IMG/VR virus record: IMGVR_UViG_3300006056_000027
Span: 56,648-120,647 of that record
DNA from: a virus
Lineage: Duplodnaviria > Caudoviricetes
Strand: one strand, 5' to 3'
Length of the DNA stretch: 64,000 nt
Shown here piece by piece: positions 50,421 to 61,022 of this stretch. The notes beneath the pieces were generated by a model. That model was not told the DNA's origin, ran no database searches, and saw nothing but the letters and a program-made list of their open reading frames with translations. The number at the start of each line of letters is the position of its first letter. The stretch's first letter is position 1. The translations under genes and the position numbers were made by a program.

Positions 50421-52121
50421 TTAGTTAGCTCCGTGGAAAGTGAAATTTTCTGGTATTTTATTTTCGTCTTGTAGACCTTTAATATATTGTTTAGCTGCAT
50501 ATAAACCTTTTTCTCTAACAAGGTTTTTATACGTATCAATAATCTCTTCTGTACTAGTTTTTTCTACGACGTTCTTAGGGTCAGCAACTGGTGGAGTACC
50601 ATCTTCGCCTTCTACCTTTGCTGCGTCTGTAATAGTAACAGAATTGGGATCTAGTTGTTTCGAGTTATTATCATTACTATTGGTTTGTGTGTCAACAGTT
50701 TTCTTTTGTCCTAGGTCTGATAATTTATCTTCAAGAGATAAAATGTTTCTTGTGTTTAAAACAGTATTATATTCTGCATCACTAACTTTATCTTCTAAAG
50801 CTAAAATTTGATTGATAATACCTTTTCTATATTTATCTGAAAGACCTTGGACTTCTTTTTCAAGATTAATATTTTCTTTTTGCAAAGCTTTAATTCTTTG
50901 TGCTGAGAATGAATCGGAAACATTGAATGCTTCTTTTAAACTCTTAGTAACGCCAGCAATAATACCTGCAATTTGATCTTCTGACAATACTACTTTCAGA
51001 TTATCTGCAACAACAGGCTCAACTTTCGTAACTGGAGTGTTTTCTTCTTTATCTTCTAATTCTTTTAATGCATCTTCAATTAAGAATTTGCCATCATACA
51101 AAGTATTTAGTAAGTCTTCAACAGTCTGAATCATTACTTTTCTATCATCGCTTGTATCTGTTGAGTCATTCAAAATCATCAACGAAGCTACGGCATGAGC
51201 CTTATCGAATACTGGAAGAATTTTACCTTCAGCAATTAAGAACTGAGATTCTTTTGCATTGGTAAATCCATCTTCATTAATACTCTTAGATAATTTCTTG
51301 CCTTCCATATATTTCTTAAAATCTTCATAAGATCCGTAAGTAGATTTTAGAAAGTCTAAAAATGTCATTGGTTGTGTATCCTTTTTATCTTCTAGAACAT
51401 AATCTAGTATTGTTATCTTTAATTGGTCTGAACTATCTAATATTTCAGATGTTGTATTCATATCTGCTGGGCTGTTCACGTAAGAGACATGATCAAAATC
51501 CATAATATCGCCTGATATGAAGTAGCATGTTTGGTCTTCATACTTTTGTCCAGGATAATGTTCGCAGTAATTGTCTTTATTGTCAACACCGCAAATAGAA
51601 CAATACATATGGTTTGATCCACCACCAATAGAAACCGTCATGTATCTTTTGTCCATGATTCTTTCTATAGCGACCTCATCCGAGATCTCTGCTGTCAAAT
51701 ATATATGTCCTAATCCTTTATATCCTGCTTCACTATAAGAATCAGAAGATATAAATTTTTGAACCTTATCTAAAAACTTTGCATTAGACGATGGATTAAG
51801 AGTATTAACATCTGTCTTAATATTATAGCTAACATATTTTGCATCTATTACTCTACCGATAGGTGGAGCAGCTGGATCATGATTTACTGTTACTGGTTTA
51901 TTGTATGGTTTTACAAATGAATCGGCTCCATTACTCATTCCAGCTGGAAGATAGAATTTATAATTCTTATTAACTATACCAGCATGAGTAGCTTCTATGC
52001 CAACCTTTATACTTTTTATTTTTTTAGAATCAGATATTGCTGATTTCATACTAGCGATATCAGAATCTTTTAAAGTAAGATTCAAGACGGTTCCTAGTTC
52101 TGCTATTTTTGTTTTTGGCAA
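50421..52121 (-). CDS. Prohead protease fused to scaffold-like region
   Basis: ATHAG..NKN...KPVTVNHD...IGRV...TVSIGG...CSICG...CEHYPG...HVSYVNSPAD, then an acidic coiled-coil C-terminal half. TTG start with GGAG RBS. Confidence 0.82.
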   Translation of the reverse strand: MPKTKIAELGTVLNLTLKDSDIASMKSAISDSKKIKSIKVGIEATHAGIVNKNYKFYLPAGMSNGADSFVKPYNKPVTVNHDPAAPPIGRVIDAKYVSYNIKTDVNTLNPSSNAKFLDKVQKFISSDSYSEAGYKGLGHIYLTAEISDEVAIERIMDKRYMTVSIGGGSNHMYCSICGVDNKDNYCEHYPGQKYEDQTCYFISGDIMDFDHVSYVNSPADMNTTSEILDSSDQLKITILDYVLEDKKDTQPMTFLDFLKSTYGSYEDFKKYMEGKKLSKSINEDGFTNAKESQFLIAEGKILPVFDKAHAVASLMILNDSTDTSDDRKVMIQTVEDLLNTLYDGKFLIEDALKELEDKEENTPVTKVEPVVADNLKVVLSEDQIAGIIAGVTKSLKEAFNVSDSFSAQRIKALQKENINLEKEVQGLSDKYRKGIINQILALEDKVSDAEYNTVLNTRNILSLEDKLSDLGQKKTVDTQTNSNDNNSKQLDPNSVTITDAAKVEGEDGTPPVADPKNVVEKTSTEEIIDTYKNLVREKGLYAAKQYIKGLQDENKIPENFTFHGAN

Positions 52122-52122
52122 T

Positions 52123-53823
52123 TTAATCTCCCATAGTTTCTAGTATCAAATTCAATATATCGTTTGATATGATATTTGATAAATTATTTTTGTCAACAGT
52201 ATTGTACATATTTAATAGCGTTTTACAATAGCTGATTATCTTATTGTCATTAATAACATGATCATTGTCTGTGTCGATTACATTGTATTTAATAAAATTA
52301 TATAATCTTGCAGCCTTCATCGTTGATCCTGAATCTAGAATGGATATGATTCCAGTTGCAATATCAGAATGTTGATTCTTAGGCTTAGCAATAGATTTTG
52401 TTGTGTTAGAAGATCCAGCGGCCTTCTTCTTTGCAGCAGTCGTCTTAGATGCAGCTGATGCCTTAGCTCCAATTTTAGCTGTTTCATTAGTCATCTCAGC
52501 GTTTGGATCATATTGCAATTGTTGTTGCATCTTCTTAAGCTCGTTATCATTAACTGGTTTAAGTTTAAGTCTGCTACGTGTTTCATGAATACCTTGAGCA
52601 CCTTGAGTCATCTTGTTTAACTCGTGCGATTCAATTTTAATTCTAGATCCAATATCTAAATCATTAAATTCAAAAGTAACTAAGTCAGCATCTGGAATGG
52701 AATACATATTCTTATATTTGCCACTTTCTACTAATAACTCTTTAAAGATGAATTCTGTAATATAATTCTTAAATGAATCTTGATAAGCCATAACGCTTTC
52801 TTTTAAGGATTCTGATAATACTTCACCAGTAGCTCTACCAGTTGAATCACCAATACCGAAGTCGATACCAGACATACCTAGACCAATAAATACCCTTTCT
52901 TTGAAATGGCCAAGATATCCTTCAACCCTTAATGCTAATGATTCAGCACCAATGGCTTTAATCTCTACCTTTTGATCTGTAACAATACCACCGTCGTCTT
53001 CAATATGACGTAAGTGTTGAGTTGCTATGTCTACTTCAGAAGTACCATCTGGAAACTTCTTAGCTGGATTCTTATCAGTACCAACCTTAACGTGTATGAT
53101 TGGGAATAGAGATTTATAGATTAATGTTTCGATTGATTCTTCAATACGTCTTAAAGCTAAGATGTCGTCCTTTACTGGTTCTAATGGTGGAGTTCCCATT
53201 AAGAATCCTGTTCTCTTATTAAAGTGTAAGTGAATAACGTCTTGGGCACTATATTCAACATATCTAGATGCTGAAACATATTGTCTGTACTTCATCACTT
53301 TGCCACTCTTGTCAATTTTAACCTGAACTGTTTCTGGAGCTATATTAAAATAGCCAGCAATAGGATCAACTTCTACCGCACCTCTTTTAACTCTATTGCC
53401 ACTAGATGCATTTTGATTTCTAATCTTAACTAGATATGCATTATGGAATGTAATAAGGTTTGTTGCCGTTTCCTTTAAGAACATGTCAAAAGGTTGGCCA
53501 GTTACGTATCCAATCTCATTAAGTCTTTGTGCAATGTATTTAGCATTCTTCTCGTTTTCAGAAGAAACAGAATATCCAGCTTTGAACATTAAGGTTATTT
53601 TCTTATTAAATGCTCTAGCTACAAATGATTCTGTATCTATGATTCTACCATATTCGTAAAGGTCGTAAGCATGACTCTGCCAGTATGTAACTCTAAGAGT
53701 GTCCTCAAGTGGTCCAAAGAATGATAGTGTAGGATTCTTAACCATCTTAAATCTTTTAACTTGGAAGTCTTGAACTACAGATCTGCCTTTTGACATATTT
53801 GTTTTATATAAAATATCTGACAT
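52123..53823 (-). CDS. Portal protein
   Basis: FHNAYLVK...IAPETV...YRQ...DVIHL...GTPPL...LRRIEE...PIIHVKVG; upstream of the protease. Confidence 0.88.
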   Translation of the reverse strand: MSDILYKTNMSKGRSVVQDFQVKRFKMVKNPTLSFFGPLEDTLRVTYWQSHAYDLYEYGRIIDTESFVARAFNKKITLMFKAGYSVSSENEKNAKYIAQRLNEIGYVTGQPFDMFLKETATNLITFHNAYLVKIRNQNASSGNRVKRGAVEVDPIAGYFNIAPETVQVKIDKSGKVMKYRQYVSASRYVEYSAQDVIHLHFNKRTGFLMGTPPLEPVKDDILALRRIEESIETLIYKSLFPIIHVKVGTDKNPAKKFPDGTSEVDIATQHLRHIEDDGGIVTDQKVEIKAIGAESLALRVEGYLGHFKERVFIGLGMSGIDFGIGDSTGRATGEVLSESLKESVMAYQDSFKNYITEFIFKELLVESGKYKNMYSIPDADLVTFEFNDLDIGSRIKIESHELNKMTQGAQGIHETRSRLKLKPVNDNELKKMQQQLQYDPNAEMTNETAKIGAKASAASKTTAAKKKAAGSSNTTKSIAKPKNQHSDIATGIISILDSGSTMKAARLYNFIKYNVIDTDNDHVINDNKIISYCKTLLNMYNTVDKNNLSNIISNDILNLILETMGD

Positions 53824-53831
53824 TAGTAATC

Positions 53832-55604
53832 CTAAATTTTGATTTTGCCAATATTTCCAAATACATTATCAATTTTTAATGATAGTGTTTCTATGGAATC
53901 TATATCTAAGTTATTCTTTTTAGCCTTATCTCTTAGTATTGATACTTGTTCCTTAAGGTCTATGTTGTTGTATTGTTCACTATTATCAACTGGATTGATT
54001 CTGTCGTCTACAATATCTTCATACGGATTCTTGATATTTAAGAATGACAATATAGTTTTTACATGTTCTAGCACATCATCATTTTCTATGTCAAATGGAA
54101 TAAAGTTGTCGCCAGCATTTACCTTTATGTATTCTGATGACACATATGTAGGATCGTTCCCTTGTCCAACAAGATTATTTTCAGCAAATGTTTTAGCATC
54201 TGCAATGATATGTTGTAAATTTGCCTCTTTAATAAAGTCGTTTAGATTACATCCACAGATATCTAGCGGCTGATTCAAAGAATTCTTTGGCTTATCAAGT
54301 ATCAGTATCCCAATATTGTCATCTGCTGATTGTGCTATTGCAACGTTAGTATCTATTGATTCTCCTATTGCGTCAGCTATATCTGTCAAAGATAAGTTGT
54401 TGTGCGTAGCATTATATGTAGGAGTGTTATTGTTTCCTACTATGTTCATTGCAAGGTTTCTTGTCTTCTTTTTAATGATTGATCTGATTAAGTTGATAAG
54501 TCCAATATACTGAGTAAGTTGTTGAAGCTTACTTGATATCTTATTAACTGATCTTTCTGATTCGCATTGTAAGTATTGAGCGATACCAAAGATTTCTAAG
54601 ATAGTTTCTTCTACGGCAACTATTGAGGAATTAATTGTATCCTTTAGCTTTGATATATCTTGTTGAAACTTTTCTACGCCTTCTTGAGTTGGTAACTTTT
54701 TCTTTAAGCCTTCTCTTAGTGCTGCTGCCTTCTTTAGATTTGGCACATTGAATGATGCGGCATATACTTTTTGTCCAAGGAAGATAGGCTTTTCATCAGA
54801 GTCATCTAATTTCTTTAATTTAGCATCTCTTTTTTCTATACTCTTTAATACTTCTTCTTTTGTATCTTTATTAATTTGTAATCCATAGTTGCTAATAGAT
54901 AAGCCAGTATTAATATCCTGCTTCTCCGATAAGTTCTCGCCCAATTGTATTAAGGCGTCAAGGATACACATAACAGACGACATAGAGAAGTTGATGGATG
55001 TATGTGCAAACTTTAACAAGCTTTCTAATAGTCTATTAATAATTGCCTTGATTAGGGCCATTAAACTAAACTTACTAAAGTCCAATGAAAAGCTGAGTCT
55101 TATTACGGAAGCTAATAAAAGAGATAGTAATTTAATCAAGTCTGGGATACAGAATGAAGAGAATAAGAAAGCAAATGATGGTAGCTGACTATTAAATACT
55201 GCACCTTTTAAGCTCTTTATATTTTCAAGGAATTGTTTAGCGTCATTTAAAAAATCTCCTCTCATGCCAGCTAAATTAATGGTTGGTAGCTTTGGCTTAC
55301 AATCAAGACAGTCCTTACCTATAGCTTTTTTAATTGCTAATGAGATTGGATCATTTGCAAACGGAGTAGATGCACTGTCTGGATTGGTTGGCTTAGTGTC
55401 TACGTTTGGATTTTCTATTCTGTCAAATATTCCAGATATGGTTTCTAGGTTGGTCTTATGCTCATCTGCTTCTTGGTATAGTGTTATGGGAATTGGTGTT
55501 AAACAATTGCTGCTTCTAATCTCTGAGTAGAAATGATCTATAATTTTTTGTGCACAGAACGATCCTTGCTCTGATGACATTGAGTCTTTATTAAGATACG
55601 GCAC
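53832..55604 (-). CDS. Hypothetical protein (helical, Cys-containing)
   Basis: 590-aa ORF between TerL and portal; CLDC and an amphipathic/hydrophobic stretch. Confidence 0.55.
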   Translation of the reverse strand: MPYLNKDSMSSEQGSFCAQKIIDHFYSEIRSSNCLTPIPITLYQEADEHKTNLETISGIFDRIENPNVDTKPTNPDSASTPFANDPISLAIKKAIGKDCLDCKPKLPTINLAGMRGDFLNDAKQFLENIKSLKGAVFNSQLPSFAFLFSSFCIPDLIKLLSLLLASVIRLSFSLDFSKFSLMALIKAIINRLLESLLKFAHTSINFSMSSVMCILDALIQLGENLSEKQDINTGLSISNYGLQINKDTKEEVLKSIEKRDAKLKKLDDSDEKPIFLGQKVYAASFNVPNLKKAAALREGLKKKLPTQEGVEKFQQDISKLKDTINSSIVAVEETILEIFGIAQYLQCESERSVNKISSKLQQLTQYIGLINLIRSIIKKKTRNLAMNIVGNNNTPTYNATHNNLSLTDIADAIGESIDTNVAIAQSADDNIGILILDKPKNSLNQPLDICGCNLNDFIKEANLQHIIADAKTFAENNLVGQGNDPTYVSSEYIKVNAGDNFIPFDIENDDVLEHVKTILSFLNIKNPYEDIVDDRINPVDNSEQYNNIDLKEQVSILRDKAKKNNLDIDSIETLSLKIDNVFGNIGKIKI

Positions 55605-56148
55605 TTTTAGCTCCTTGTACTAGATACTGTGGAATGCTAGGCATTTGAAGAATTCTTATTGGTGTCGCTCTTCTTTTATGAGGACCATCTTCACCAGCAT
55701 CTACGTTGGCAGATATATTTAAGTTAATTTTATTATATCTATTAGTTATTGCTGTAGTTGTATTTGTCAGTGTTAATGGCATTCTTGTACGAGGCCAAAA
55801 TATTCTTGGCTTCTGAGTTGGTAGTAATCCTTCTATTGGAAGATTTGGTAAGGTTACCGTTGGAGTCGGTGATGTCGGATCTCCAGGTCTTCCAGATATA
55901 TGAAGATGAGGAGGAATGTTATGCGTATGTGGCACTATCTTATGTGTATGGTTTTGTAGGATAACGAATAGATTTATAAGCTTTTGTTCTATGGTGTTAA
56001 TATAGATAAATAATTCTTGTATAAAACTGTACATGTCTTGATAGTTAACAAAGTCTTCAGACGCATATTGGTATAGGCGACTATATAGATCCGCTCTTCT
56101 TTTCTCATTCTCTATACTTGTAGGATTGCCTCCTCTAAATATGTTCAT
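55591..56148 (-). CDS. Hypothetical virion protein with HxH repeats (spike-apex-like)
   Basis: Coiled coil followed by NHTHKIVPHTHNIPPHLHISGRPGDPTSP. Confidence 0.5.
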   Translation of the reverse strand: MNIFRGGNPTSIENEKRRADLYSRLYQYASEDFVNYQDMYSFIQELFIYINTIEQKLINLFVILQNHTHKIVPHTHNIPPHLHISGRPGDPTSPTPTVTLPNLPIEGLLPTQKPRIFWPRTRMPLTLTNTTTAITNRYNKINLNISANVDAGEDGPHKRRATPIRILQMPSIPQYLVQGAKSAVS

Positions 56149-56408
56149 AGTATATAAGTACCCATTAACTGCTTGCCTTTGTCATCGCCAGCAATTTTAA
56201 TTATTTCCATACATTGTAAAAACATGTCAAACGTAATATATGACCCGTTTGCTTTAATAAAATCTGCGCCATACAATGTAGTTACTGCTTCATAAACATC
56301 GGCATTATTAATTGGATCAAGAGAAACCCTTACGTGTTTTAATTTCTCGTAAAGGTCTTTCTGAAAATCTTTAATCTCATTAATGGCGTTTAATATCTCT
56401 AAGTCCAT
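56145..56408 (-). CDS. Hypothetical protein
   Basis: 87 aa with stop/start overlaps on both sides. Confidence 0.55.
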   Translation of the reverse strand: MDLEILNAINEIKDFQKDLYEKLKHVRVSLDPINNADVYEAVTTLYGADFIKANGSYITFDMFLQCMEIIKIAGDDKGKQLMGTYIL

Positions 56409-56842
56409 TATTCAGCCTCTAAAGATATATTAACTGATAGTTTTGTATTTGATGACAAAATAGGTTCTATTAATATCCATACTGGTATCAAATGATTTTG
56501 TACAGGATTTAATACAGTAGCTTCATTGTAGTAAACCAGATTATCAAAATCTGCTACAACTGGCTTAACTTCATTAATTAAAACCTTTGTTCCGATATAT
56601 AACTTGTCATCAACAGAGGCATCTAGTTTTATCTTGATATATGATAACGGAGCTACTGTGTCTGCAACTAAATAATATTTTTTAATTATAGGTAGCATAG
56701 GCGCAATAGAGCACTCATTAATATCTAGTGACGATAATTCTAGGATAGTTTCTGTTTCATAGTCGTAGTAGCACAGTCCGATGTCCGAAACTGTGCCTCC
56801 TGTTATCATTGCATCAGATGCAGTGTTTATTATATTTATCAT
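56408..56842 (-). CDS. Hypothetical protein
   Basis: 144 aa, starts immediately after the TerL stop. Confidence 0.55.
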   Translation of the reverse strand: MINIINTASDAMITGGTVSDIGLCYYDYETETILELSSLDINECSIAPMLPIIKKYYLVADTVAPLSYIKIKLDASVDDKLYIGTKVLINEVKPVVADFDNLVYYNEATVLNPVQNHLIPVWILIEPILSSNTKLSVNISLEAE

Positions 56843-58798
56843 TTAGAATTGTGCTCTTTTACCTTTGTTTTTAAATAATGTTCCACGTCTTGAAGTATTG
56901 ACAAAATCCATTCTAACTTCTGAAGACTTATGAGGCCAATCGTTATCTCTATTAGCTAATGAACCAGCTATTTGTGATACTCTTGAATTTGGAGCACAAT
57001 TCTCTCTCTTTTTGAACTTTATTTCAAGTCCATCTTTCTCTTCGTTTTTACTGTAAGTATTTGATGGATTTAAATGATCAATATTTTTACCATGCACATC
57101 TTCTGCAGAAAGTATTTTAATTGCTAATGGTGTTCTTAGGTTTGCAAATAATTCTGAATACTCAAAGTTATAAGCTAATGAGGCTAGCATCAATGCATCT
57201 AAGTCATGGTCGCCAACTGTAGAGCTAGCAGCAAAGTAAGTAGGTCTGCCATGAATACTTCTCTTCTCTTGATATCCTTTTAATTGATCTATCAACTTCT
57301 TATCCTCAATAGGATCAAGTTTTAGAACACTCTTTTCTATCAATCTGTTTAATGTTTCAACCATGTATGGCTTAATATCTTTCTTGACATCTTGATCGCT
57401 ATAAGGATCTCTAACCTCAATTTTAGATGAGAAGTTAATTGATTTTAATTCTGCCAATAGTAAGTCTGGATGATTTGGAGGTATCTTCCCATATTGCCCT
57501 ATTGCGAATCCTTTTAAAATCTCTGCTTGCGTAGCGCCGTATCCTTCGTCGATGTATATCTTATCAAAACGATACTTACGATTCAGCTCAATAATCTTTT
57601 CCATAGCCGTTGTTTGAGTCCAGCCTTCTTTTGATATTTGAACCTTTTCAGCGATAAAGAATACCTTCTCTGTCTTGTCAAATGCTAATACGCATATACG
57701 TGTACCTATCTGATCATGGTTCCAATCGCATCCCATCGTTACGATAAAGTTGTTTCTATAACGCAATAAGTCTTCTTCTGTTTTCTTAAAGGCTAATTTG
57801 ACACATTGGTCAATATAATACTTCTGGAACACACCCATACGCGAAGCACCGAACTCGGCCAATACTTCTTGCACATAGCCCATCTCGTCACTTTGACTTC
57901 TTAAGTCTTTGTCAATATTGTCATTATAGTGAGGCAATACTGATGAAGGGAAATGGAATTCTTTAAATGCTGAATCCTCAGATAATTTATACATTTGTCT
58001 TTCACCATCTGGAGTAGATGATACCCATAATTCTGTATTTGGCTTATCTAATAGAATAGCTAAGATTGAGTTAAAATCTTTTTGATCTAATAAGTCTGCT
58101 TCGTCAATATAGATAACATCAGCTGGTTGTCCACGAATCTGTCCACCACCGCTACTACCTACTGTGAAAGCTTTTAATCTTGAACCATTATGAAATTGAA
58201 TTAAATAGTTTGGAGATTCTTTGGAACGCTTAACAATAGAATCAAATGTCTCTGGCAAAGCATTAAGAATCTTTTTCATTGTTGTAAATACTTCTTCAGC
58301 TTGAGCATCAAATGGGGTTACAACTAATATGTTATAGTTCTCATTTGTCATCATTCTATGCAGAAGAGCTAATACAATACCAAATGTTTTACCGATACGA
58401 CGACCAGATCTAATTGTTTTACGCTTTGCACTACAAGATGTATAGAACTCTTGATACCATCTTCTACTAAATAGTCTTTCATCTTTACCAATCTTTTCTA
58501 AATCAATATTCTTATCGGCCCAATAGTAAGGATTAAACGTCTGTCTTAGTAGATCAAACTCTTCCTCTGTAAACATATGTCTAACTTCATCCGTAACCAT
58601 ATTTTCAGCAGTTAGCATTCCACTACATTGTATTGTAATTTCTCCATATCTTTTCTTCTGATCAGCTATACATGTTGTACACATATTGTTGATATTTTTA
58701 TCATAGTTTTTAGATTGTAAATAATCTTTCCACGGAATTTGGGCAAAGTTTCTTACTTCACCATTGTCTCCGTTAAACTTCCCTATCATTTCTACCAT
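56843..58798 (-). CDS. terL: Terminase large subunit
   Basis: RWYQ adenine-binding motif, Walker A SGRRIGKT, Walker B IYIDEAD, VSSTP coupling motif, nuclease MGCDWN...IDEGYG...DHDLDALML. Confidence 0.95.
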   Translation of the reverse strand: MVEMIGKFNGDNGEVRNFAQIPWKDYLQSKNYDKNINNMCTTCIADQKKRYGEITIQCSGMLTAENMVTDEVRHMFTEEEFDLLRQTFNPYYWADKNIDLEKIGKDERLFSRRWYQEFYTSCSAKRKTIRSGRRIGKTFGIVLALLHRMMTNENYNILVVTPFDAQAEEVFTTMKKILNALPETFDSIVKRSKESPNYLIQFHNGSRLKAFTVGSSGGGQIRGQPADVIYIDEADLLDQKDFNSILAILLDKPNTELWVSSTPDGERQMYKLSEDSAFKEFHFPSSVLPHYNDNIDKDLRSQSDEMGYVQEVLAEFGASRMGVFQKYYIDQCVKLAFKKTEEDLLRYRNNFIVTMGCDWNHDQIGTRICVLAFDKTEKVFFIAEKVQISKEGWTQTTAMEKIIELNRKYRFDKIYIDEGYGATQAEILKGFAIGQYGKIPPNHPDLLLAELKSINFSSKIEVRDPYSDQDVKKDIKPYMVETLNRLIEKSVLKLDPIEDKKLIDQLKGYQEKRSIHGRPTYFAASSTVGDHDLDALMLASLAYNFEYSELFANLRTPLAIKILSAEDVHGKNIDHLNPSNTYSKNEEKDGLEIKFKKRENCAPNSRVSQIAGSLANRDNDWPHKSSEVRMDFVNTSRRGTLFKNKGKRAQF

Positions 58799-59517
58799 TA
58801 CAACATTCCTCTCATTAGCATTGCTTCCGATCCAAGCAGACTTCCTCTATCATTCATACCTGACTTAGATAGCTTATTTAAAGCTCTCTGTCTTGCAGAT
58901 AACGTGTTTTGTGTTTGCATTCCTTGAGTATTGAATAAAGGTTTATTTAAATCCCAAGCTGTTTTCTGAATTATATTATCATTTGATCCCAGTAATGATC
59001 CAGCGTAGGCTGCCGTACCAGTCGCAACACCTATTGCCGTACCTACACCTAGTCCTAGTGTGGTTCCAAATAGCCATGATGACTTAGTACCCATTCTAAG
59101 AACACCTTTGCTTAATGCGTGTCCTAGCTCTTTAGCTGGCCTAAATGCACTAAGGAATCCTATCTCTGCTCCTGCAAATCCTGCAAATCCTGCATAGTCT
59201 CCAGTATCAACAGCATCATACGCGAAATATCCAGCAGATGCTGGAATCATTGTTCTTGCAAGCCAACTATTCTTTTGATGCCTAGTGGTCATACCTAAGG
59301 CATTCATTACGTTTTCTCTGAATACTCCGCTCATAAATGGCATAGAGAAATTACCAGCACGTTTTAAATGGTCCATAGCAGTAGCCTGACCGTACTTACC
59401 CATTAGACCAAAGTCTTTTACTTCATTCTTACCAGCGTACTTATATCCCTGAAAATACTTTCTTCTATCTTTACCCTCAAGACGTGCTGCTTCTAAATCT
59501 GTTAATTTATTTGACAT
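58798..59517 (-). CDS. Gly/Ala-rich hydrophobic protein, putative internal virion/membrane protein
   Basis: Glycine-zipper-like LFGTTLGLGVGTAIGVATGTAAYAGSLLG and YAGFAGFAGAEIGFL; TAATG overlap with TerL. Confidence 0.55.
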   Translation of the reverse strand: MSNKLTDLEAARLEGKDRRKYFQGYKYAGKNEVKDFGLMGKYGQATAMDHLKRAGNFSMPFMSGVFRENVMNALGMTTRHQKNSWLARTMIPASAGYFAYDAVDTGDYAGFAGFAGAEIGFLSAFRPAKELGHALSKGVLRMGTKSSWLFGTTLGLGVGTAIGVATGTAAYAGSLLGSNDNIIQKTAWDLNKPLFNTQGMQTQNTLSARQRALNKLSKSGMNDRGSLLGSEAMLMRGML

Positions 59518-59519
59518 AA

Positions 59520-61022
59520 TTAATACTCATGATGTTTTGTTCTTTCATTCCAATCTGCAAATCCAGATCCATGATATGTTTGTATTCTTGGCTTTTGATT
59601 TGAGTATAACTTCAAATTACTTTCTACTGATTGTCCGAACTGATCTTTCATTTTCTTTTTATTCTTCACTTTATCAATATCTTCTTTTGAGTTATCCAAT
59701 GCCATAGTTGCCAATAATGCAATACCACCTAGTCCCATTGCAAGCTTAGCGCGATTATTTAATCCTTTAGCAGCAGTTTTACTATTCTTAATATCCTCTG
59801 CTACTCTTTCAAGTATCTCTTTCTTCTTAGGTACGTCTTCTTCTTTAAGTAGTTCTTCTGCCAGTATCGTCTTATCAACGTGCTTTGTTTCTATATTCTC
59901 ATATCGTTTCATCGTATCTGCAATAGCAAGATTAGGATCATTAGTGGCATGACCTGATGTTTTAAACATCCTTGTTATCTTAGTTGTCTGACCAGATGAG
60001 TTGATAAATTCTTGGGTGTATGGAGCATTCTTTCCATATGTGTCGTATAACTTATATCCAGTTGGCTCTGATGCCTCGTTTACAGCCCTTACAAGGCCTC
60101 TCTGCAATTGGTTAGCTGCTTCTATTGGTTGAACTGCCCTAATCTTTTGTAGCGTCTTAAGCGTCTCATCAGAAGGATTACCAGTCTTAAGATCCTCGTA
60201 CAGAGTTAATATATGATTAAATGCTGTTCTTGCTGTTTGGCTAGAGTCGGATCCAGATGTATGGCTTTCTGCTTCTTTAAGGAAGAACTCAGATAAGAAG
60301 CTTTGTGCAGTGCCTACAGATGCGTATTGCTTATCTAGCAATCCCATATTAGCAGCTTTTATATATAGACCTTTGGTAAAGTCTAATTGGTCAACTACCT
60401 TAATCCTGCCACTTCTATTATGTATCTGGTCTAAGTAGCTATCCATAATGTCGTCATAAACGGCTGCAGCTTCTCCAAACAACTTCTCATTTTTCTTTGG
60501 ATCTGCAAGATATTCTGAAAACTTACCAGATGCTATATTCTTCTTTTCTAATATATCTGGTGATGGTCCAAGATATGGAAGGCCAGTGTCTGCGTATCTA
60601 GTTTCAAATAGATCTCCAAATGCCTTTACATCTGCCGCACTTGATATCTCCATTAAGCCTTCTATTGCTCTTCTTTCAAAGTTGGCATTCTGCATCAATA
60701 GAATATCTGTGCCCTGCAGCTTGGCTGTAAGATCTTTAAGAATACTTTTCTGATCTTTAAAAGTCCCAAAGTTTTGGAAGTATGAATTAAATACACCAGC
60801 CTTAGCTTGATCTTGACCAAACTTATGAAGCTCCATTATTCTTTGGGATTCTTTTTTATCTATACCAATTGGCCTATAGAAGTCTTCAGTAAATGAAACT
60901 CCATCTTTTGCAGTATCATCAAATTTAGACACACCAACTGACCACGTAAAGAACTTTTTATCCTTTGCGTTTAGGCCAGATGTTTCAATATCGAGGGAGG
61001 CTATGCCTTTTTTATCAATCAT
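59520..61022 (-). CDS. DEDDh (DnaQ-like) 3'-5' exonuclease with C-terminal hydrophobic segment
   Basis: ExoI SLDIETSGL, ExoII QNANFE, VVDQL, ExoIII HTSGSD; C-terminal LAMGLGGIALLATMAL. Confidence 0.72.
   Translation of the reverse strand: MIDKKGIASLDIETSGLNAKDKKFFTWSVGVSKFDDTAKDGVSFTEDFYRPIGIDKKESQRIMELHKFGQDQAKAGVFNSYFQNFGTFKDQKSILKDLTAKLQGTDILLMQNANFERRAIEGLMEISSAADVKAFGDLFETRYADTGLPYLGPSPDILEKKNIASGKFSEYLADPKKNEKLFGEAAAVYDDIMDSYLDQIHNRSGRIKVVDQLDFTKGLYIKAANMGLLDKQYASVGTAQSFLSEFFLKEAESHTSGSDSSQTARTAFNHILTLYEDLKTGNPSDETLKTLQKIRAVQPIEAANQLQRGLVRAVNEASEPTGYKLYDTYGKNAPYTQEFINSSGQTTKITRMFKTSGHATNDPNLAIADTMKRYENIETKHVDKTILAEELLKEEDVPKKKEILERVAEDIKNSKTAAKGLNNRAKLAMGLGGIALLATMALDNSKEDIDKVKNKKKMKDQFGQSVESNLKLYSNQKPRIQTYHGSGFADWNERTKHHEY

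Noticed and set aside
59168-59194. 9-bp tandem repeat CCTGCAAAT
   Set aside because: Only about 2.5 units, explained by the encoded AGF-AGF peptide.
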